NCBI GenBank assembly: GCA_963748815.1
Contig: CAVVKJ010000005.1
Span: 288,001-352,000 of the forward strand
Direction of reading: 5' to 3'
DNA length: 64,000 nucleotides
From: an uncultured Gemmatimonadales bacterium
Lineage (GTDB): Bacteria > Gemmatimonadota > Gemmatimonadetes > Gemmatimonadales > GWC2-71-9
The stretch's first letter is position 1. Each line of letters opens with the position of its first letter. The notes below the pieces were generated by a model, which was not told the DNA's origin, ran no database searches, and saw only the letters and a program-made list of their open reading frames with translations. Positions 27,358 to 35,860 of the stretch are shown piece by piece. The translations under genes and the position numbers were made by a program.

Positions 27358-28571
27358 AGGATCATCCGGGTGAGGAAGCGTGGATTCAGGATGCGACCGG
27401 CGGGGACGAAGTCGCCGGTGACGCCGATGAGGGTATGCGCCATCTCGGGGTGGCGACCGAGCCGGCCGACCGCGCGATCGAAGATGGATGGAAGGTACAT
27501 CCCGAAGCCGATGAGCCGTTCGACCGCCCACTTGCCCGCGAACGCCTGTCGGCGGAGTTGCCGGTACGGGGCGAGGGCTCCGGCCCCGGGCACGCCCGGG
27601 CGTTCGAGCGCGCCGCAAGCCGTGTCCGCGGCCATTTCGGCGCCGCGGAGGGCGGAGTAGATCCCCTGGCCGGTAAAGGGGTCAAAGAAGTCCGCGGCGT
27701 CACCCACCAGCAGCGCGCCGTCGGTCGTGACCCGGCCGGCGCGGGAGGCGAAGGGGCCGGTGACCAGTACCTCGCGTTCGAGGCGGTGGCGATCGACACG
27801 ACCCCGCACCCCGGGAAAGCCTTCGAGAGCGGCGAAAAAGAAGCTCCGTGCGTCCCCGCGCGCGCCGGCCGCGAGAACCTGCGGCACCACGAGCGCCACG
27901 TTGTAGAGGTCGCCGCCGATCCGGTTGAGGCCGACGTAGCCGCCGGCTCCCACGTGCATCTCGGCAGTGGCGCCCATTCCACGCACCCCGCTCACGTGGG
28001 CCACGAGCGCCACCCGACGCGGGAGCGTGCTGATGCGGCGGCCGATGCGCCGCGCCACCAGGGAGCCGAGCCCGTCAGCTCCGATGGTCAACCGGGCGCG
28101 AATCGGGGAGTGTCGGCCGTCGGGTCCGCGCACGAGGACGCCGGCCACCGCCCCCTGGTCGTGGAGCAACCCCTCCACCCGGGTGCGCTCCCGCACTTCG
28201 GCTCCCGCCTCGCGGGCCGCCTGGACCAGCCGCGCGTCGAGGATCCGTCTCGGGAGCGAGAGGCCGGCCGGGCGGAAGGGCCGAGGCGTCGCCTCGCAGA
28301 AAAGTCCGGTGAGCCGGCTGCCGTGCGGGGCAACTACGGTGGTCCCCGCCAGCGCCACCGCGCCGGCGGCTTCGAGGTCCGGTACCACGCCGAGACGGTC
28401 CAGCAGGCGGACCGCCTCGGGACTCATGTATTCCGAGCACGGTTTGTCCCGGGGAAAGGCCGCACGGTCCACTACCACGACGCGCCACCCGGCACGCGCG
28501 AGGTGCGCGGCGGCGGCGCTGCCGCCAGGGCCGGCACCGGCGATCACGACATCGGCGTCGGTGGCGCTCAG
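27354..28571 (-). CDS. NAD(P)/FAD-dependent oxidoreductase, geranylgeranyl reductase family (start uncertain)
   Basis: DVVIAGAGPGGS, FPRDKPCSEY, IGADG, LLVGDAADFFDPFTGQGI. Confidence 0.88.
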   Translation of the reverse strand: MSATDADVVIAGAGPGGSAAAAHLARAGWRVVVVDRAAFPRDKPCSEYMSPEAVRLLDRLGVVPDLEAAGAVALAGTTVVAPHGSRLTGLFCEATPRPFRPAGLSLPRRILDARLVQAAREAGAEVRERTRVEGLLHDQGAVAGVLVRGPDGRHSPIRARLTIGADGLGSLVARRIGRRISTLPRRVALVAHVSGVRGMGATAEMHVGAGGYVGLNRIGGDLYNVALVVPQVLAAGARGDARSFFFAALEGFPGVRGRVDRHRLEREVLVTGPFASRAGRVTTDGALLVGDAADFFDPFTGQGIYSALRGAEMAADTACGALERPGVPGAGALAPYRQLRRQAFAGKWAVERLIGFGMYLPSIFDRAVGRLGRHPEMAHTLIGVTGDFVPAGRILNPRFLTRMIL

Positions 28572-29338
28572 GGCAGCGGTCCGATCCAGCCGAACGCGAC
28601 CCACCCCGCGGCCGTGGCGGCCAGCGTCACCAGCGCGTTGACGCCGTCGTTGCCGAGCATGCTCCACCCTCCCATGTGCCGCGTGGGGTTCCCGCACCGG
28701 TGCCGCCGGCGTTCGCTCTCCTGGTCACACTGCGCACAGCGAAACCTGCCCTGCACGCCGGCACCGAGGAAGGAGTCGAGGAGCATCCCGGCCATGCCGA
28801 TTCCGAAGCTTACCAGTGCGCCGGCCCCTCCCACGAGCGGGACAGCCGACGCGCCGACGAGCGCGGCCCCGACGCCGGCGCCCGCCGTGCCGAGCAGGGA
28901 GACGCCGCCGCTGGTCCCCGGGGGCACGGGCTGGCCGGTGAGGATGTGCCGGGGAGGAGCGGCGCTGTGGGCGCCGATGCCGGTGGCCCAGGTGTCGGCG
29001 GCCGCCGCGGCGAGTCCCGCCGCGAAGGCGAGGAATGCCGCGGGGCCTCCCAGGAGGAGTGCCAGGGCGGGGGCGCCGCCGTTGGCGAGCACCTGCCGGG
29101 CGTCGCGCCGGTCGCCTTTGGAATCGAGGGTGAATGGGGGGCCCGGCCAGATCCGGGAAATTGCGCTGCTGGGCAGGAAGAAGGCGATCAGGACCACGCC
29201 AGCGGGCCACCCTCCCGCGCCGAGCGTCACCATTCCGACGCCGGCCGCGGCGATGGCGCCCGAGGGGGCCAGCATGCCGGCACGCCACGCGAGCGCCGCC
29301 ACGGCTCCCGCCGCCAGGGCGGCTGTTGCGATGCCCAC
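28568..29338 (-). CDS. DUF92 (TMEM19/VTE6-like) membrane protein
   Basis: RRDARQVLANGG, AAADTWATGIG, VPPGTSGGVSLLG, DSFLGA-x-QG, CxxC..HxC, NDGVN. Confidence 0.9.
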   Translation of the reverse strand: MGIATAALAAGAVAALAWRAGMLAPSGAIAAAGVGMVTLGAGGWPAGVVLIAFFLPSSAISRIWPGPPFTLDSKGDRRDARQVLANGGAPALALLLGGPAAFLAFAAGLAAAAADTWATGIGAHSAAPPRHILTGQPVPPGTSGGVSLLGTAGAGVGAALVGASAVPLVGGAGALVSFGIGMAGMLLDSFLGAGVQGRFRCAQCDQESERRRHRCGNPTRHMGGWSMLGNDGVNALVTLAATAAGWVAFGWIGPLP

Positions 29339-29340
29339 GG

Positions 29341-29589
29341 TCAGGCCGGGGAGTCGTTCCGGAGCGCCTGCCGGATGCGCGAGACGACGGCGTCGGGACA
29401 GCGCACTCCCCTGGCCGCGCGCTCGAGCGCCGCAAGAAAATTGCGCTCGAAGTGGGCGTGCTCGAGGCAGTGCCCGCAGGCGGCGAGATGGCCCGCCACG
29501 CGAGCCTGGTTGTCGGGGGTCAGCTCCTCTTTCAGGTAGTCCTGGAGCAGGAGCAGCGCCTCGCCGCAGTCGAGCTGTCGGTCGTTCAT
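29341..29589 (-). CDS. zinc-finger anti-sigma factor (zf-HC2, RsrA/RshA-like)
   Basis: CGEALLLLQDYL...HLAACGHC (HxxxCxxC). Confidence 0.85.
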   Translation of the reverse strand: MNDRQLDCGEALLLLQDYLKEELTPDNQARVAGHLAACGHCLEHAHFERNFLAALERAARGVRCPDAVVSRIRQALRNDSPA

Positions 29590-30153
29590 GATGCCTTCCC
29601 CGGGCGCACGAGGCCCGCCTCGATCGCCATAGTCCAGCAGCGTCCCCTGCAATTGCTTCCGCGCGCGGAAGAGCCGGGACTTCACCGTCCCGACCGGCAC
29701 GCCGAGCGTGTCGGCAATCTGCGCGTAGCCGAGTCCCTCCACGTCGCTCAGGACTACGACCTCGCGAAACTCCTCCGGGAGCGCATCGATCGCGGCGAGG
29801 ATCCGGTCGTCCACCAGGGCGTGAAAGAACTCGCCTTCCGGGTCGTGCCCCGCCTCCGCGTGCACAAGGGCGTGCTGCTCCGCCACGTCGAGGTCCACCG
29901 TGACCGGGGCCCGGCGCCGCCGTCGGTAGTCGTTGATGAAGGTGTTCCTCAGAATGGTCAACAGCCAGCCGCGGGCGTTGGTTCCCTGGCGGAAGGTGTC
30001 CCAGGCGCGAAAGGCCTTGAGGACGCTGTCCTGGACGAGGTCTTCGGCGTTGGCGGGCTCCCCCGTCAGCCGCAGTGCCACGCGGTACATCAGGTCGAGA
30101 TGCGGGAGCACATCGTGTTCGAAAGCATCCTGGGTCGCGGGGGCGGGGGCCAT
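29586..30153 (-). CDS. ECF RNA polymerase sigma factor (SigH/SigR-like); apparent 1-nt insertion near 29628
   Basis: AEDLVQDSVLKAFRAWDTFRQGTNARGWLLTILRNTFIN, PVGTVKSRLFRARK; removing one G restores YAIEAGLVRPGKAS* with an ATGA overlap to the anti-sigma. Confidence 0.9.
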
Positions 30154-30269
30154 CGATGGAATTTCCCCGCGCGCCGCAGCGTTCGCAAGCGCCTCTGGTT
30201 CGCGAGCCGGTCCGTGGGTAACTTCTGCGCGTCTATGTCGAGGAACCCCCGTCCTTTCCCGCGCCAACG

Positions 30270-30899
30270 TTGAGCGACACCGAGGGCCCACCGGCCATCG
30301 TGCCGCTCAGCCTGCTGGAGGCGCTTCGCAACCTCGACACCCCGGTCGGTGACGGGCTCGAGGAAGTGGCGGGGGAAATCGTCGCCAAGCGCTTCGGCTT
30401 GAGCTCCACGGTGGCCGCCCAGATCCGGCGCTACGAGGATGCGTATCGCCGGGGGTTGCCGGTGCCGCTCGATGAGACCGTCGGCGTCTTCCGGCTGGTG
30501 GGACGCCGGCCCGATGCGGCGCTCGTGTACGCCGACGCCGGGCGGCGGGCCGCCCGGTACGCCGCCCGCGGAGTGTCCCTTCCTGCCCGGCTGCTCCTGG
30601 CCACGATGCCGGGGTTCATCCGCCGCCGGGTGGGCGCGAGGGCGGCCATCCGCGCCGCGCGCCGGGTGTTCTCCGGGTCGCTCGTCATCCGTGGCCGTTC
30701 CGCCGAGGCGACGATGGCCCGCCCGCTTTCCCTGCTCGCACTGCCCGAGGGGCAGGCGTGCTCCTTCTATGGCGCGGCGTTCGCCGAACTGCTCCGCGCC
30801 CTCACCGGTTTCGAAGGTGCCATGGTCCACATGCGCTGCCGGGGCCGGGGAGACGACACTTGTCGGTGGCAGGCCGCCGCCGCGGAGGGTTACTCATGA
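30270..30899 (+). CDS. hypothetical protein with C-terminal V4R-like domain
   Basis: GQACSFYGAAFAELL...HMRCRGRGDDTCRW, the V4R Cys pattern; GAGGA RBS-like site upstream, TTG start. Confidence 0.65.
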   Translation: MSDTEGPPAIVPLSLLEALRNLDTPVGDGLEEVAGEIVAKRFGLSSTVAAQIRRYEDAYRRGLPVPLDETVGVFRLVGRRPDAALVYADAGRRAARYAARGVSLPARLLLATMPGFIRRRVGARAAIRAARRVFSGSLVIRGRSAEATMARPLSLLALPEGQACSFYGAAFAELLRALTGFEGAMVHMRCRGRGDDTCRWQAAAAEGYS

Positions 30900-32080
30900 C
30901 CGCCCACGCACTCCCCGATCGCCGGCAACTGGCCGAAGGTCTCGACGCGGTCGGCGCCGACGGCTGGCTCCTCTTCGACTTCCACGGCCTCAATCCGGTG
31001 GCCGGGCGTGTGCTCGGGCTCGGCGGGATGGGGAGCCGCCGGCTCTTCGTCCTGCTGCCGAAGGAAGGGGAGCCGGTGGCGGTGGTCCACAAGATCGAGA
31101 TGCAGCCTCTCGAGGGGTTTCCCGGCAAGCTCCTTCCCTACGCCCGGTGGGAGGAACTCCACGCCGCGCTCGGTTCGATCGTGAAGGGCCGGACGCTGGC
31201 CATGGAAATCTCCCCGGACGACGCCGTCCCGTATCTCGACCGCGTCCCCCACGGGGTCATCCAGCTCATCACCAGGCTCGGGGGCACGGTTGTCCCGTCG
31301 TCCTCGCTGGTGACCCGCTTCGCGTCGCGCTGGAGCGACGCCGAACTGGCGGACCATCGCTACGCGGCGGAGGCGCTCGCCGACATCGCCCGGAGTGAGC
31401 TGGCCTGGGCGGTGACCCAGGGGGGCAAGGGGCTGACGGAGACGGCGCTGCAGGCGCGGGTGGTGGCGGCGATGGAGGGCCGCGGGCTGAAGCTGACGAC
31501 CCTCCCGATCGTGGGCTTCGGCGCCAACGCCGCCAATCCCCACTATGAGCCGGAGGCGGGCAGGGACGCCACGCTGGCCAAGGACCAGGTGATTCTCCTC
31601 GACCTCTGGGGGGGGAAGGGGAGCACGACCACGGTCTTCGCCGACCAGACCTGGATGGGGTACTCGGGCACCGCGGTGCCGGCCGAGGTCGAGCGGGTCT
31701 GGACCACGGTCCGGGATGCCCGGGACGCGGCGATTGCCGCCGTTCAGCAGGGGGCCAGAGAGGGGCGGGAGGTGGCGGGCTTCGAGGGGGACCGGGCAGC
31801 TCGCGGGGTCATCGAAGCGGCGGGGTTCGGGGAGTACTTCGTGCACCGGACCGGCCACTCGATCGACCGGGACCTCCACGGTTCGGGCCCGCATCTGGAC
31901 GATTACGAGACACATGACGACCGGAAGCTGATGCCAGGGGTCGGATTCTCGGTGGAGCCGGGCATCTATATATCTGGGCGGATCGGGGTCCGGAGCGAGA
32001 TCAACATGTACTGGGGGCCGGACGGGCCGGAAGTGACCCCGGCGGAGCCGCAGCGGGAGCTGATCCGGATTGGGGGTTAG
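30896..32080 (+). CDS. M24 family Xaa-Pro peptidase
   Basis: ANPHYEP, LLDLWG, ADQTW, HRTGHSID, FSVEPGIY, GVRSEIN. Confidence 0.92.
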   Translation: MTAHALPDRRQLAEGLDAVGADGWLLFDFHGLNPVAGRVLGLGGMGSRRLFVLLPKEGEPVAVVHKIEMQPLEGFPGKLLPYARWEELHAALGSIVKGRTLAMEISPDDAVPYLDRVPHGVIQLITRLGGTVVPSSSLVTRFASRWSDAELADHRYAAEALADIARSELAWAVTQGGKGLTETALQARVVAAMEGRGLKLTTLPIVGFGANAANPHYEPEAGRDATLAKDQVILLDLWGGKGSTTTVFADQTWMGYSGTAVPAEVERVWTTVRDARDAAIAAVQQGAREGREVAGFEGDRAARGVIEAAGFGEYFVHRTGHSIDRDLHGSGPHLDDYETHDDRKLMPGVGFSVEPGIYISGRIGVRSEINMYWGPDGPEVTPAEPQRELIRIGG

Positions 32081-32220
32081 CCCCCCCCTTCCCAAATCCG
32101 GATTCGCGGGATAAGCTTGTCGGGCAAGGTGGTGGCCGCACCGCCGAGCATCGCCCCATCCCGGTCTGTTGCATTCAGTTACAGCAAGGTTCCTGTCGCA
32201 TTCTGATTCGTGACAGTTCC

Positions 32221-32249
32221 TTGACACGTGATTTGGGTCACGTCATATT
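32221..32249 (+). promoter_or_regulatory. sigma-70 promoter with an overlapping CRP/FNR-like palindrome
   Basis: TTGACA-N17-CATATT; ACGTGA-TTTGGG-TCACGT at 32226-32243. Confidence 0.65.
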
Positions 32250-32447
32250 GATTCAACCGACCGGGCCGCGGTCGGATGCCTCAATTTCTTCGCAGCACCT
32301 TCGTGTGGTTTTCTCCCGCCGGCTTGTTCCGGCGTATCCGCAGTCGCATTCCCCAACTCGGCGCGTCAGGCGCAAGGAGGGAAGCGCGTGCATTTCGTTG
32401 TTCGATTCGCAGGCAACACTGGGTTCACACCTTTGGAGGACGTGTCC

Positions 32448-35400
32448 ATGAAGCAAAGTTGTGTGAGCGCCTTCACCCGTGCGGCGCGGTACCTCGCGCT
32501 GACGGCAGTCGTTCTGGCGACGGGAGCCTCGACGCTCTTCGCCCAGGCCGCGACTGGTAAGATTGAAGGCAAGGTGCGCGACCAGCAGGGCGCGCCAATC
32601 GCGAACGTGCAGGTCATCATCATCGGTTCGAAGTTCGGCGCGCAGACCAACGCCGACGGCTACTACTTCATCAACCTCGTCCCCGCCGGCAACGTGACGT
32701 TGCAGGCCTCCTTCATCGGATACAAGAAGACGCAAATCACCGACCTCCGCGTCCTCTCCGGCCAGACGATCACGGCCGACATCACGATGGAATCGACCCC
32801 GGTCGAGGTCCAGGAAATCACGGTCGTCGCGGCCCAGAACGAACTGGTCCCCCGTGACGCGGTCACCACCAAGCAGAACGTCCAGGGCAACTACACCGAG
32901 AAGCTGCCGGTGGACCAGATCAACAACGCCCTGGCACTGCAGCCGGGCGTCGTGGCCAGCACGGGTGGCACCACGCTTTCCATCCGCGGCGGCCGGACCG
33001 ACGAGCAGGCCGTGTACGTCGACGGCGTTCCGGTCGGCGCGGGCAACCGCGGCGGCGGCTTCGTCACCGGCGGCGGCAACTCGATCTCCATCGGCACCAA
33101 CGGCTTCGAAGACGCCTCCGTCACGACGGGCGCCGGTTCGGCGGCCTTCGGCGGCGCCCAGTCGGGCATCATCTCGATCTCGACCCGGACCGGTGGCGAC
33201 AAGTTCACCGGCGCGGTCGGCTTCGAGTCCGACGGGCTCTTCGGCAACAGCGTGAGCCTCGGCTTCAACCGGATCACCGCCAGCCTCGGCGGCCCGATCG
33301 TCAACAACCTCTCCTTCTTCGTCAGCGGCGTGCTCGCCGGCGCTGCCAGCGCCGGGACCGGCCAGGACCGCGCCAACTCGCCGTACTTCACGGTGGCGGG
33401 CGTGGACACGGTCGTCGCGGTGCCGGACAGCAAGGGGAACGCCGTACTCCGACACGACGTATGTCACCGTCGACCAGTACGCCGTGTACACCGGCAAGTG
33501 CGACGAGACCATGACGTACGCCGGCATCAACATCCAGAACAGCACCAACCCCGACATCGCCAACAACTACGGGGTCGACTGCCAGGGCATCCAGCTGCCG
33601 GGTACCGCCAATTCGCAGTACCAGCTGCAGGGCAAGCTCAACTACACGTACGGCACCGGTTCGCGCATCTTCCTCAGCGCGAACGCGAGCCAGGCGCAGG
33701 GGCGGAACTTCACCTACGCCAACCTGTACAACCCGCAGCAGATCTTCGGCAACACCGGCACCAACCAGGTCTACACCCTCGGGTGGACGCAGAACCTGGC
33801 CAAGTCGTCGGCGCGGGCGCTGGCGCTCGACGTCTCCCTCTCGTACCAGACGGACGAGTTCATCACCTCGCCGCTGACCCGGGAGTCGGAAGTCGACAGC
33901 CGGAACCCGTGGGGCGGCTTCATGATCTCGCCGCTCAAGTACCAGTTCAACTTCGACAACTTCCCGCTGAACCAGGAGTTGATGGACAACTTCCAGCAGA
34001 ACAAGGCGAACAGCCGGCGCTCTCCGTACGACCTGGAGAACACCGCGCAGTACAGCCTGGTCGACAAGTGGCGGAACAACGCCTACGGCCTCATCGGCTT
34101 CACCGAAGCCGGCGGCCCGACCGGCCGGCTGACCATGAACCAGGAAAACCGGTTCATCGGCGCGGCGGCCCTCGACTGGCAGGTGGACCGCTACAACCGC
34201 CTCAAGATCGGTGGCGGCTACACCGGGTATCGACATCACCTCGTACTCGTCGTCCATGACCAGCCAGGCGTTCTCCGACTTCTACATGGAGAAGCCGACG
34301 TCCTAGACCGGCTACGCGGAAGACCGCCTCGACCTCGGCGACGTGGTCCTCGTGGCGGGCATCCGGTACGACTACTACAACAGCAACGCGTCGCACCCGC
34401 AGTACTGCGACTCGACGGGCTCGTGCCAGCCGACCGTCCGGATTTCGAGCAACCCGCTCTGGGATCCGAACGATGTCCAGGCCTCGCTCGACACCATCTA
34501 CACGCCGGACCAGTCGCACGACTACATCTCGCCGCACATCCAGGTGGCGTTCCCGGTGAGCGACCGGACCAACATGCGCTTCTCCTACGCGCACCAGGTC
34601 CAGCCGCCGGACTTCTCGCTGGTCCTCGGCGGCATCAACACCGACCTCGCCGTGACGAACACCAACCACGTCTACGGGTCGGACCTGGACTTCGGGACCA
34701 CGATCAGCTTCGAGTTCGGCATCCGGCACGCCTTCTCGGACGACTTCGTGCTCGACTTCTCGGCGTACAACCGCGACGCGCAGGCCAACCAGGCCGGCCG
34801 CCTGCTCTCGTTGTACGACCCGCTCAAGCAGCAGAACCAGGACATCCGGATGATGACGAACGCGGACTTCGGCAACTACCGCGGCTTCGACGTCCGGCTC
34901 GACAAGCGGATCGGCAGCCTCTTCAACGGCACGCTGGCGTACTCCTTCAGCGACGCCAAGAACACCGGCTCGGATCCGTTCACGTACATCAACTTCGGCT
35001 CGCGCATCGTGAACCAGATCTCCGGCGGTAACGATCCGCCGCCGTCGGCCTACCTGCCGACGACCTACACCCGGCCGCACAACCTGGCCGGTTCGTTCTC
35101 GATGACGTTCCCGAATGGCTGGCACTCGGGCTCGACCAGCGGCGCCATCCTCCAGAACGTGGGCATCTTCGCCACCTTCCGGGTGGCCAGCGGCACCGCC
35201 TACACCCGCTGCCCGGTGGAAACCGGCAACGAGTCGGTCATCTCCCCCGGCGTCTGCGCCCGGCAGTTCGAGGGCGACGTCAACGGCTCGCGCCTCCCGA
35301 CCTTCCGGAATACCGACCTCCGGGTCACCAAGGGCTTCCGGTTCGGCGGCGTGGACCTCACCGGGTACGTCGACGTCCGGAACCTCTTCAACTTCACCAA

Positions 35401-35770
35401 CACCACGCAGGTGTTCGCCGAGAACAACAGCATCACGAACACCGTTGAGCTCGAGGAGACCTGGACCGGCGACTCGTCCGGGTACGCGAAGGAAGCCATC
35501 GCGTCGGGCAGCTACGACGCGGAGAACGGCGACATGTTCCTGCCGACGCCCTCGGGCTGCGGCAACTGGGTGACGCAGGACGGCAAGGCCGCCGCGCCGA
35601 ACTGCGTGTACCTGGTCCGCGCCGAAGAGCGTTTCGGCAACGGCGACGGCGTGTTCAGCCTCTCCGAGCAGCGTCGGGCGTCGGAAGCCCTGTACTACGC
35701 GGGCCGCAGCGAGGCGAACTTCACCGCCGCGCCACGACGGATCCGGCTTGGGTTGGAGCTCAATTTCTAG
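32448..35770 (+). CDS. TonB-dependent receptor with N-terminal carboxypeptidase-regulatory-like domain (frameshifts near 33445 and 34230; in-frame TAG at 34304)
   Basis: GGAGG RBS, signal peptide, GKIEGKVRD..., plug motif LSIRGGRTDEQAVYVDG, ISPHIQVAFPVS, C-terminal PRRIRLGLELNF. Confidence 0.9.
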
Positions 35771-35860
35771 CGTGATCGATCCACGGCGGGAGGGGGGCCG
35801 GCGCGCCGAACGGCGCCGTCCCCCGTCCAGCCGAACAGTATCCATCTGAGAGAGGATGCA

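Noticed and set aside
29341..30291. Apparent ECF sigma / anti-sigma fusion protein (316 aa ORF)
   Set aside because: Removing one G near 29628 gives a normal sigma C-terminus (YAIEAGLVRPGKAS*) with an ATGA overlap onto the anti-sigma start, so it is most likely an indel artefact.
34304..34306. Pyrrolysine or stop-codon reassignment at the in-frame TAG
   Set aside because: TAG is used as a normal stop by many genes here (pruA, acs, lptG) and no pyl genes are seen.
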